DNA from: an uncultured Microthrixaceae bacterium
GTDB lineage: Bacteria; Actinomycetota; Acidimicrobiia; Acidimicrobiales; Microtrichaceae
Direction: 5' to 3'
Length of the DNA: 64,000 nt
Assembly (NCBI GenBank): GCA_964391365.1
Contig: CAYMKW010000003.1
Location: 10,814 to 74,813 of the forward strand
In this document: in pieces, positions 29,249 through 37,298 of the stretch
Layout of the letters: every line of letters begins with the position of its first letter
How positions within the stretch are numbered: the stretch's first letter is position 1
Notes under the pieces: generated by a model
Databases searched by the model: none
What the model saw: only the letters and a program-made list of their open reading frames with translations
What the model was told of the DNA's origin: nothing
Translations under genes and position numbers: made by a program

Positions 29249-30895
29249 TCAGCCCTGAGCCGGGCGACCCCGCGCGGACAGCTCGTCGATGCGGACGCTG
29301 TGCCGGCCGTCCTCGGCATCCCCCAGCTCGGTGATCCACAGCAGGACGAGTCGTCCGGGAGCCCCTCGGGTGTCCACCTCGACCGTCCCGCGGACGTCCT
29401 GCACCTCGGCCGACGGCGTGAGGCCCCCCAGATCGATGGCCTCGGTGGACTCGGCGTCGATGACGTAGACGGATCCACTCCAGCCGTCGTCGCTCGACTG
29501 GATCCGCACCCGGTCGACCAGGGATCGGGACTCGAGGACCAGCGCCACGCCCACACCCGTCTTGGCACCGAAGAACCCGCGTTCGTCGTAGAGCTCGGTC
29601 CGCCAGCCGGTGTCCGCATCGCCATCCGCGACGGCGGGCGCATCGCTGTCGTTCTCGCCCTTGGTCCCACTGCCCTGGGGGTCGAAGGTGCCGACTCGTG
29701 CGATCGCCAGCGGCTCGAGCTCCTGGGCCGGGGCGGTCGGCGCCGGCTCTGCCGGGACCTCTTCCTGCCGGGACTCACGCACCAGGAGTCCGGCCACGGT
29801 GAGCGCAGCACCCACGAGGACGATCATGAGGGCGGGCAGCAGCCAACCGCGCTCGGACGCCGTGAACGACTCCGGGTCCTCGTCGTGGTACCCGGGTCCC
29901 GCCGCCGACTCGAAGCCAGTGGGTGGTCCGGGGACGTGGACGGTCCCGCCGAGCAGGGCCGCGCGGAAGTCGGCGGCGGTCGAGAAGCGCTGGTCCGGTT
30001 CCATCGCCAACGCCACCATCAGGACCTCGGCCAGATGGTGCGGGACGTCGGCCCGCACCTGTCGCGGGTCGAGCGGGGCAGTGTGCAGCCTCGCGAGTGC
30101 GATGGCGGCTGCCGTGTCGCCGGCGAACGGGCTCCGGCCGGTGACGCACTCGAAGAGCACCACGCCGAGCGAGTACAGGTCGGCGCGACCATCGAGTTCG
30201 AGGTGCTGCAGCTGTTCGGGGGCGAGGTAGGTGGCGGTCCCCACGAGGGAGCCCTCCTGGGTCAGCTGTGTCTGACCGTCGGCGACGGCGATGCCGAAGT
30301 CGGCCAGTTTCACTCGGCCGTCACGGCACAACAGGATGTTCGACGGCTTGATGTCCCGGTGCACCAACCCGGCCCGGTGGGCGGCCTCGAGGGCGTCGAG
30401 CACCCGGAGCCCGACCCGCTCGGTGGTGGCGGCGTCCAGGACGCCCCGTTCATCGATCAGGTCGCGCAACGTCGTCGCGTCGAGCAGCTCCATGACGATC
30501 GCCTCGTGATCCCCGTCGCTGCAGGTGTCGAACACGCCGACCACTCCGGGATCGTTGATCCTCGCTGCCGCCTTCGCCTCCTGTCGGAACCGCTCGACGA
30601 ACAGTGGGTCCGTTGCCAGGTGGGGGTGCAGGAGCTTCACTGCCACCCGTCGGGCGAGGACCGTGTCGGTGCCCTCCCAGACCTGGGCCATCCCGCCCGA
30701 GCCGATCAGCCGATCCAGCCGGTAACGGCCGCAGAGCACCAGGCCGGAGAGTCCCGCACTCGCCGATGTGATCGGGGCGCCAGGTGTCGCCGGTGTGATC
30801 GGGGCACCGGGTGTCGCCGGTGTGATCGGGGCACCGGGTGTCGCCGGTGTGATCGGGGCGCCGGGGCTCGTTCCGGCTCGGGTCTCATCCACCAT
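29249..30895 (-). CDS. transmembrane Ser/Thr protein kinase with extracellular C-terminal domain
   Basis: Kinase motifs are IGSGGMAQVW, VAVKLL, HRDIKPSNILL, DFGIA and APE. One TM helix is WLLPALMIVLVGAALTVAGLLV. The C-terminal roughly 170 aa, DTGWRTELY...RLVLLWITELG, resembles the MviN-associated extracellular domain. Confidence 0.9.
   Translation of the reverse strand: MVDETRAGTSPGAPITPATPGAPITPATPGAPITPATPGAPITSASAGLSGLVLCGRYRLDRLIGSGGMAQVWEGTDTVLARRVAVKLLHPHLATDPLFVERFRQEAKAAARINDPGVVGVFDTCSDGDHEAIVMELLDATTLRDLIDERGVLDAATTERVGLRVLDALEAAHRAGLVHRDIKPSNILLCRDGRVKLADFGIAVADGQTQLTQEGSLVGTATYLAPEQLQHLELDGRADLYSLGVVLFECVTGRSPFAGDTAAAIALARLHTAPLDPRQVRADVPHHLAEVLMVALAMEPDQRFSTAADFRAALLGGTVHVPGPPTGFESAAGPGYHDEDPESFTASERGWLLPALMIVLVGAALTVAGLLVRESRQEEVPAEPAPTAPAQELEPLAIARVGTFDPQGSGTKGENDSDAPAVADGDADTGWRTELYDERGFFGAKTGVGVALVLESRSLVDRVRIQSSDDGWSGSVYVIDAESTEAIDLGGLTPSAEVQDVRGTVEVDTRGAPGRLVLLWITELGDAEDGRHSVRIDELSARGRPAQG
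30768..30866. repeat. 27-bp in-frame tandem repeat (~3.6 copies) at the 5' end of the kinase gene
   Basis: The plus-strand unit GTGATCGGGGCACCGGGTGTCGCCGGT occupies 30768-30794 (2 mismatches), then 30795-30821 and 30822-30848 (identical copies), then a partial copy. It encodes (GAPITPATP)n. Confidence 0.85.
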
Positions 30896-33092
30896 CGGCG
30901 ACGCTACCGTCGTCGGACGACGGTGGTGTCGGCGCCCGGTCTGTCGGATCGGGTGCGGACCCCTCGCCCGGATCCGACGTCGCGCTGGGGTGTCGACCGT
31001 CGTCCCGGACGGTGTGGCGGCGGCGCCGCCGGACCGTCACGAGCCACCACCAGGCGAGGACCGTGAGCGAGGCGACCGAGAGGGCGGCGCCGACCCCCGA
31101 GATGGTCGAGGCCTGCACGGGCAGTCGGACGGAATCGATCCCGACCGAGTCGTCCGGCGAGGTCACGTCCACCCGCACCACGGACTCGCCCGGAGCCCGG
31201 ACCGTGACCCTCAGCTCGACCAGGTTCTCGCCCGGGACCAGACGGACGGTCTGTCGCTCACCGTCGGGGAGTTCCAGACGACTGCTTCGGACACGCAGGC
31301 CGACGTCGACCGGGTAGGGGAGGCCGTTGCGGAACCGGAGCGGGATCGTCGCGTCCCGGCTGGTCAGGACGACCTTGCGTTCCGGGGGCGCCTCGATCCT
31401 GCCGAGGAGCTCGCTCGACTCGACGTCGATGGCGGCGTGCGAGGCCAGACGGCCGGCGGGGTCGATCGCCCGCGCCAGGCTCTGGGTGTTGACCAGGTCC
31501 CAGGTCCGGACCATCGGCTCCACCGGACCGACGACGCTGCGGACACCGATGATCCTCGTCCTCGAGGAGCGGTACTCCGTCACGGGCCCGGCCTGGTCGA
31601 CGACCGTGCGGGGTGCCAGGCCGGCCACCACGTACTCCCCGTCCACGGGCCCCGCCGGGGGAGGGATCGCCTCGGGATCGGCCGTGAGCGGTCCTTCCCC
31701 CGTCAGGGCCGGAACGAGCGAGAGCAGCACCGAGGGGTCGAGCTGGGGTGGGACGAAGAGGACCGACTGCGGACCGGGGAACGAGTCGGTGTCGTCGTCC
31801 ACGGCGTCGAACCAATCGGCGCTGAGCTCGGCGGCCACGAGGTTGGCGACGACGCCGGGGTCGAGGTCGGGCTCGAGCGTGAGCAGCCCGAGGAGGGGAT
31901 CGTCCGCCACCACCGTCAGCGGCTCCGGCGGTGCCTCGTCGGATGTCGTCGGTTGCCCGTCGGTCAGGACCATGGTCCGGGTCCGGGCCGTTCGTTCGTC
32001 GGTGCCGTCGGGCAGCAGGAGCCGGTCGGCCGGCAGGACGACCCGGGTGGTCCCGAGGGCCGTGACGGCCGGGAGTGCCTCCGGGGTCAGCGTGTCGTCG
32101 AGCAGCCAGGTGTGCTCGACCGGCCGTCGGAGCGTCTCTGCCTCGACGACCTGCGACCCGATGGTGAGTTCGTCCTGGAGCACGTCCAGACCGTTGGCCG
32201 TGATGATTCCGCCGACGTCGACCGGGACGTCGGTCCGGCGGATGCTGCGGGCCCGCAGGCCCGGACGTTGGAGCGCTGCGGTGAGCGCCTCGGCGGTGAG
32301 TGTCTCGGAGCGACCGGCCCCCGTGAGCAGGTTCGGGCTGATGGCGAGCGAGAGCGGGGCCTCGGGGACGGCCTCGAGCAGACCGGCCACGTCGTCGAGG
32401 CTCGACAGCAGCTCGTCGTCGACGACCGAGCGGCCGTCCGGGGCGAGCGACGGCGGCCCGTCGAGTCCGACGGCGAGCGTCACCGACGTCCGGGCCGGCC
32501 GACCGTCCCGGCCCACCGGCGCCGTCTCGGGCGGTCGAACCATGAACACGGTCCGCTCCCAGACGCTGGCGCCCGTCGCGTCGCGGAGCTCGAGCGAGAC
32601 CGGGTGGATGCCGTCATCGGGCACCACCAGCCGACCGTTGGCACCGGTGCTCGAGTTGGTGATCTGCAACGGGATGACCCAACCGGCCGCCGGGTTCCCG
32701 AGCAGGGCCGCCGGCAGTTCGATCGGGCCCTCCAGGACCGACCCGGCCGAGCCTCCGTTCGCGACACGGGAGACCTCGGCCCGCAGGTCCGAACCGCTGC
32801 TCAGCCGCCGGTGGATCCGGACCTCCATGGTCGAGTCCGGCGGGACCGCTGTGGTCGGGGCGAACCGCAGCTCGAACGTGCCGGTCGGAGGGACCGATGG
32901 AGTCACGAAGGTGACCTCGAGGGCCGCTGGTGCAGGTGACGGTTGCGCCGGCGGTTGCTGTGACGACCTGGGCGAACTCCCTGCTGGAGTCGCGCCGGTC
33001 GGACCGACCGCAGCAGCCACGACGGCCAGAGCGAGAGCGACGAGGAGTCGGATGGGCCCCGACCGGTTGCGGGGAGCGGAGCGGTCGTTCAC
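30885..33092 (-). CDS. large secreted/anchored conserved actinobacterial protein (Rv3909-like; DUF6049 by recollection)
   Basis: There is a signal peptide (IRLLVALALAVVAAAVGPTGA) and a C-terminal TM helix (GVGAALSVASLTVLAWWWLV) followed by RRRRR. The stop overlaps the kinase start by 11 nt, and the GTG at 33092 overlaps the GNAT TGA. Confidence 0.7.
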   Translation of the reverse strand: MNDRSAPRNRSGPIRLLVALALAVVAAAVGPTGATPAGSSPRSSQQPPAQPSPAPAALEVTFVTPSVPPTGTFELRFAPTTAVPPDSTMEVRIHRRLSSGSDLRAEVSRVANGGSAGSVLEGPIELPAALLGNPAAGWVIPLQITNSSTGANGRLVVPDDGIHPVSLELRDATGASVWERTVFMVRPPETAPVGRDGRPARTSVTLAVGLDGPPSLAPDGRSVVDDELLSSLDDVAGLLEAVPEAPLSLAISPNLLTGAGRSETLTAEALTAALQRPGLRARSIRRTDVPVDVGGIITANGLDVLQDELTIGSQVVEAETLRRPVEHTWLLDDTLTPEALPAVTALGTTRVVLPADRLLLPDGTDERTARTRTMVLTDGQPTTSDEAPPEPLTVVADDPLLGLLTLEPDLDPGVVANLVAAELSADWFDAVDDDTDSFPGPQSVLFVPPQLDPSVLLSLVPALTGEGPLTADPEAIPPPAGPVDGEYVVAGLAPRTVVDQAGPVTEYRSSRTRIIGVRSVVGPVEPMVRTWDLVNTQSLARAIDPAGRLASHAAIDVESSELLGRIEAPPERKVVLTSRDATIPLRFRNGLPYPVDVGLRVRSSRLELPDGERQTVRLVPGENLVELRVTVRAPGESVVRVDVTSPDDSVGIDSVRLPVQASTISGVGAALSVASLTVLAWWWLVTVRRRRRHTVRDDGRHPSATSDPGEGSAPDPTDRAPTPPSSDDGSVADGG

Positions 33093-33823
33093 GGGATCCT
33101 GCGGACGAGCACGACCAGGTCGCTCGGGGTCATCCGGAAGCCCAGGTGCCGGTAGAGCCTGAGCGCCCGCTCGTTGTCGACCTGGGTGTTCACGAGCAGC
33201 CGGTTGCAGCGGTGGCGGTCGGCCCAGCGGAGGGCGTCCCGGCAGAGCGCCGTGGCCAGACCTGATCCAGCGTGCTCCGGGTCGGTCGCCAGGCGCTGCA
33301 GGAACGCCTGGGATCCGCTCCGCCCGGTGATCGCGTAGGCGACCACGACGCCGCCGGCCTCGGCGACCCGGAAGCGGGCCGATGGTGTGGCGGTCTCGGC
33401 GTCGTGCATGGACGCGGCGTCGAGCCGCCAGAACTCGGGGAACGCTCGGTGATCGACCCGGAGCGCTGCCGGTCGATCCCGGCGGCGCGCCCGGCGGAGC
33501 CGGACGCCGTCCGGAGGATTCGGACGTCCGGCGTCGGACGACGCGGGGTCGATGGCCAGCACCCGCAACCGGTCGAACTCCTCGAACCCCAGTCGGACGA
33601 ACGGTCCGGTCTCATCGGGGTGGAGCGCCGAGGTGATCACCGACGAGTACCCCGCGGCGGACAGTCGTTCCACGCACTCGTGGAGGCTGTGGTCGTGGAT
33701 CCGCACCGTGTCGGGTGCCAGCGCGAGGTAGGCGATGCGTGGGTCGGCGTGCCACGGACCGACCCGGTAGCGGTCTCGTCCCACGGTCAGGGTCGCTCGG
33801 GAGGTCGTGGCGCGGGAGGTCAT
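33089..33823 (-). CDS. GNAT-family N-acetyltransferase
   Basis: The ATG at 33823 starts the protein. The C-terminal acetyl-CoA motif is LQRLATDPEHAGSGLATALCRDALRWA...NERALRLYRHLGF. The rest of track ORF 33089..35272 is antisense to cca. Confidence 0.8.
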   Translation of the reverse strand: MTSRATTSRATLTVGRDRYRVGPWHADPRIAYLALAPDTVRIHDHSLHECVERLSAAGYSSVITSALHPDETGPFVRLGFEEFDRLRVLAIDPASSDAGRPNPPDGVRLRRARRRDRPAALRVDHRAFPEFWRLDAASMHDAETATPSARFRVAEAGGVVVAYAITGRSGSQAFLQRLATDPEHAGSGLATALCRDALRWADRHRCNRLLVNTQVDNERALRLYRHLGFRMTPSDLVVLVRRIP

Positions 33824-33910
33824 GGTGCAGATCAACTCGGCACGCCCTCGGTGCCGGCCCAGAGCGTACGGGGCGCCGAGGGCTCCGTCGTGTCCCGGTA
33901 CGCTCGGACC

Positions 33911-35392
33911 ATGGGTCCTGAGCGCGTCCGCCGCCTGATCGACCAGGTCGCTCCGCTGACCGAGGCCTTCGAGCGAGCCGGCCATCGGCTGTACCTGGTG
34001 GGCGGCAGCGTCCGCGATCTGTTCGTCGCCGAGGGCGCAGATGCCTCCGACGGGCCCCACACCGATGTGGAGGATCCGGCCGGCCCCACACCCGACGGGA
34101 TCGTGGTCGGTGCACCGGACGTCGACCTGACGACCGACGCGCTCCCCGATGAGATCAAGGCCATCGTCGGGCCGGTCGTCGACGCCCTGTGGACCACGGG
34201 AGAACGGTTCGGGACGATCGGTGTGCGGTCGGGCGGCCGGGACGTCGAGATCACCACGCACCGGGCCGAGGCCTACCGTCCCGACAGTCGCAAGCCCGAG
34301 GTCGCCTTCAGCACCGACGTGCTCGACGATCTGAGTCGTCGGGACTTCACGGTCAACGCCATGGCGCTCGAGGTGACCTCGCCCTCCCCGACGCTGATCG
34401 ACCCCCACGACGGTCTCGCCGACCTCAACGCCAGGATCCTGCGCACCCCGCTGTCGCCGGAGGAGTCCTTCTCCGACGATCCCCTGAGGATGCTCCGGGC
34501 GGCGCGTTTCGTGGCCCGGTACGGACTGCATCCGACCGACGACCTGGTCGAGGCGGTCCGCAACGGTCTGGACCGGATGGAGATCGTCTCGGCCGAGCGC
34601 GTCCGGGACGAGTTGTGCAAGCTCGTCGTGGTTCCCGACCCGTCCGCCGGCCTCTGGTTCGCCAGCGACACGGGGCTGGCGGCGACCTTCCTGCCGGAGC
34701 TGCCCGACATGCGACTGGAGCAGGACCCGATCCACCGGCACAAGGACGTGCTGACCCACACGATCGCCGTGGTCGCCCAGTCCGAGTGCCGGCTGCGGGT
34801 CCGTCTCGCCGCCCTGTTCCACGACGTGGGCAAGCCCAAGACGCGGTCGGTGGGACCGAAGGGTGTCTCGTTCCACCACCACGAGGTGGTGGGCGCCCGC
34901 ATGACCCGGGACAGGATGAAGGCCCTCCGGTTCTCCAAGGTGCTCGTCGACGACGTCACCCAGCTCGTGTACCTCCACCTGCGGTTCCACACGTACCAGA
35001 TGGGCTGGAGCGACTCGGCGGTCCGCCGGTTCGTCCGTGACGCCGGCCCGCTCCTCGAGGACCTCATCGCGCTGACCCGGGCGGACTGCACCACCCGGAA
35101 CCAGCGCAAGGCCGCTGCGCTCAGTCATCGGATCGACGAGCTGGAGGAGCGCATCGCCGCCCTGCAGGAGGCCGAGGCGGTGCGGTCGATCCGTCCCGAC
35201 CTGGACGGGGCCGAGGTGATGCGCCACCTGGACATCGGACCCGGCCCGGTGGTCGGTCAGGCGCTCGCCCACCTGTTGGAGCTCCGGCTCGACCGGGGGC
35301 CGATGGACCGGGATGCCGCCCTGGCGGCGCTCGACGAGTGGTACGGATCGCAGACCGGCACCGATGGGCGCCGCGACGAGAGGAGCACCTGA
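33911..35392 (+). CDS. cca: CCA tRNA nucleotidyltransferase / poly(A) polymerase family with HD domain
   Basis: LYLVGGSVRD...DVDLTTDA...RDFTVNAMA...DPLRMLRAARF...HRHKDVLTHT...LFHDVGKP. The ATG is at 33911. Confidence 0.88.
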   Translation: MGPERVRRLIDQVAPLTEAFERAGHRLYLVGGSVRDLFVAEGADASDGPHTDVEDPAGPTPDGIVVGAPDVDLTTDALPDEIKAIVGPVVDALWTTGERFGTIGVRSGGRDVEITTHRAEAYRPDSRKPEVAFSTDVLDDLSRRDFTVNAMALEVTSPSPTLIDPHDGLADLNARILRTPLSPEESFSDDPLRMLRAARFVARYGLHPTDDLVEAVRNGLDRMEIVSAERVRDELCKLVVVPDPSAGLWFASDTGLAATFLPELPDMRLEQDPIHRHKDVLTHTIAVVAQSECRLRVRLAALFHDVGKPKTRSVGPKGVSFHHHEVVGARMTRDRMKALRFSKVLVDDVTQLVYLHLRFHTYQMGWSDSAVRRFVRDAGPLLEDLIALTRADCTTRNQRKAAALSHRIDELEERIAALQEAEAVRSIRPDLDGAEVMRHLDIGPGPVVGQALAHLLELRLDRGPMDRDAALAALDEWYGSQTGTDGRRDERST

Positions 35393-35823
35393 TGGCCGGG
35401 ATCGTGGTGGGTGTCGATGGGTCCGAGCACTCGCTCGGGGCGCTCCGATGGGCGGCGTCGGAGGCCAGGCTGCGCGGATCCGCGATCCGGGTGGTCGGAG
35501 CCTTCACCACCCCGCTGATGAGCACGGGCTACGAGGTGGCGGCCCCGGATCCGGAGGATCTCCGGGCGGCCTCCGAGACCATGCTCGGCGCCGCCGTGGA
35601 CGCCACGTCGGCCGCCGGGCTTCTCGACGGCCTGGACGTGACCGTCGAGGCGCTCGAGGGGCACCCCGGTGAGCGGCTGATCACGCTGTCCGAGGACGCC
35701 GAGCTCCTGGTCGTGGGGTCCCGCGGCCACGGAGGCTTCGTCGGGCTACTGCTCGGGTCGGTCACGACCTACTGCGTCAACCACGCCCGTTGTCCGGTGG
35801 TCGTGGTCCGCGGCGCTGACTGA
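35392..35823 (+). CDS. universal stress protein
   Basis: MAGIVVGVDGSEHSLGALRWAA...LLVVGSRGHGGFVGLLLGSVTTYCVNHARCPVVVV. There is an ATGA overlap with cca. Confidence 0.85.
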   Translation: MAGIVVGVDGSEHSLGALRWAASEARLRGSAIRVVGAFTTPLMSTGYEVAAPDPEDLRAASETMLGAAVDATSAAGLLDGLDVTVEALEGHPGERLITLSEDAELLVVGSRGHGGFVGLLLGSVTTYCVNHARCPVVVVRGAD

Positions 35824-35838
35824 GCGGCAGCGGCCCGG

Positions 35839-36648
35839 TCAGATCCCGAGCTTGCGGGCCCGGATCACGAGGGTCTCCGGCACCCACTCGCTGAGGGACG
35901 ACCGGTGGAGGCTCGTTCCGGCGGCGCTCGCCTGCGGCTCCAGGACGGTGTCCACCCGGAAGCTGGCCCGCGTGAGCGTGGTGAACAGCTCGCCGAAGGA
36001 GTGCGGATGGGTGACCCCCTCATCAGCTCCGGCCCGCCAGGCGAGCGGCGTGGAGCTCCAGGACGTCCGGGTGAGCGTCGGCGGCTGCTGCTCGGTGTCG
36101 TCGTCCTCGAGCATGGTCGCGAACGGGTGGGGGAGCGACAGGAGGAACGGGGACTCCGGTGTGAGCACCCGGTGGACCTGTCGGATCACCCGGCTCAGGT
36201 CCTGCACGGCGGCGAGGGCGTAGACGGAGACCACCAGGTCGACGGCGTCGGCCCGCAGGAAGGCGAGGTCGGCCAGGTCGCTGTGGTGGAACTCGATGCG
36301 GACCTCGGCCCGCTCCGCAGCGGCCCGGGCCTGGGCCAGTCGGGCGGTGGAGGATTCGACGGCGATGACCCGTGCACCCCGCCGGGCCAGGGCGATCGCA
36401 GCTGCGCCGGTCCCGCAGCCCAGGTCGAGCACGCGCCGGCCGTCCACCGAGCCGATCAGCTTGGCGAGCTGCTCGTGGTCGAGGTCCGGCCCCAGCTGCA
36501 CCAGGTCACCGGTCAGTTCCGTGCCGTGCGGGAAGCTCAGCGGGGGCAGCGGTTCGGGGGAGGCGTCCTCGGCGACCAGGACCGGTCGGCTGTCGAGGTT
36601 CCCCGCCGACGGATGCCGGCGGACGGTGGTGGTGGGGGGAGCCATCAC
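35839..36648 (-). CDS. class I SAM-dependent methyltransferase
   Basis: SAM motif I is RVLDLGCGTGAAAIALARRGARVIAVE, and DLVVSVYAL follows. Confidence 0.8.
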   Translation of the reverse strand: MMAPPTTTVRRHPSAGNLDSRPVLVAEDASPEPLPPLSFPHGTELTGDLVQLGPDLDHEQLAKLIGSVDGRRVLDLGCGTGAAAIALARRGARVIAVESSTARLAQARAAAERAEVRIEFHHSDLADLAFLRADAVDLVVSVYALAAVQDLSRVIRQVHRVLTPESPFLLSLPHPFATMLEDDDTEQQPPTLTRTSWSSTPLAWRAGADEGVTHPHSFGELFTTLTRASFRVDTVLEPQASAAGTSLHRSSLSEWVPETLVIRARKLGI

Positions 36649-36755
36649 CTTCCATTCTCGCCGGTCCCGACCGTTCGGACGCGGACCGGTGGTGGACGTT
36701 CCCGATGGGATCCGTCCCCCTGCCGGATCGACGGCGCCGGGGGTACCGTGTGCCC

Positions 36756-37202
36756 GTGCCGTTCACCCAGTCCGAAGCCTCCGGCCGTCCCGGGCGGGCA
36801 CCCGGCAGCGTCGACTACCGCTTCGCGCGGCGGCAGGTGCTGCGCCGGGTCCGCTCCGGCGAGCTGCAGCGCTCAGACGTCTGTGACGCCCAGCGGGAAC
36901 TCCTGCGGGTCGCAGAGCACTACTCGCAGCGGGCCACCACGCCGTGCCCGGTCTGCGCCGAGTCCGAGCTCCGCATCGTCCGGTACGTCTTCGGTCCGCG
37001 ACTCCCGGCCGGAGGCCGGGCCGTCGCCAGCCGAGCCGAACTGCGCAAGCTCGCCAACGGACGGTCCGGGTTGCGGTGCTACACCGTCGAGGTCTGTCTG
37101 GGGTGCCGCTGGAACCACCTGGTGGAGGTGGTTCCGCTCGCATCGTCCTCGGACTCCGAATCCGGCACGCCTGCACGAGGCCGCCCGCGGTCGTCCTCCT
37201 GA
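36756..37202 (+). CDS. conserved actinobacterial protein upstream of PBP1A (Rv0049-like; DUF5318 by recollection)
   Basis: The GTG at 36756 gives VDYRFARRQVLRRVRSGELQRSDVCDAQRELLRVAEHYSQRATTPCPVCAESELRIVRYVFG...CYTVEVCLGCRWNHL, a 4-Cys pattern. Confidence 0.65.
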   Translation: MPFTQSEASGRPGRAPGSVDYRFARRQVLRRVRSGELQRSDVCDAQRELLRVAEHYSQRATTPCPVCAESELRIVRYVFGPRLPAGGRAVASRAELRKLANGRSGLRCYTVEVCLGCRWNHLVEVVPLASSSDSESGTPARGRPRSSS

Positions 37203-37298
37203 GCCGAATCGCAGGCGCCGACGGGACTCCGGGAGCCCCCTCGGGCAGACTCTCGGGGTTCGACCCAGGTCCGGCGTCCGCCGGACCCACTCTCCGCC

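Noticed and set aside
28916-33162. Plus-strand ORFs 28916..31066 (716 aa), 30768..32939 (723 aa) and 31327..33162 (611 aa)
   Set aside because: They are antisense to the kinase and the Rv3909-like gene. They are low-complexity and Arg/Gly/Ser-rich, with no motifs.
33824-35272. N-terminal 480 aa of minus-strand ORF 33089..35272
   Set aside because: It is antisense to the clearly recognisable cca gene. Only the last 244 aa (the GNAT domain, from ATG 33823) look like real protein.
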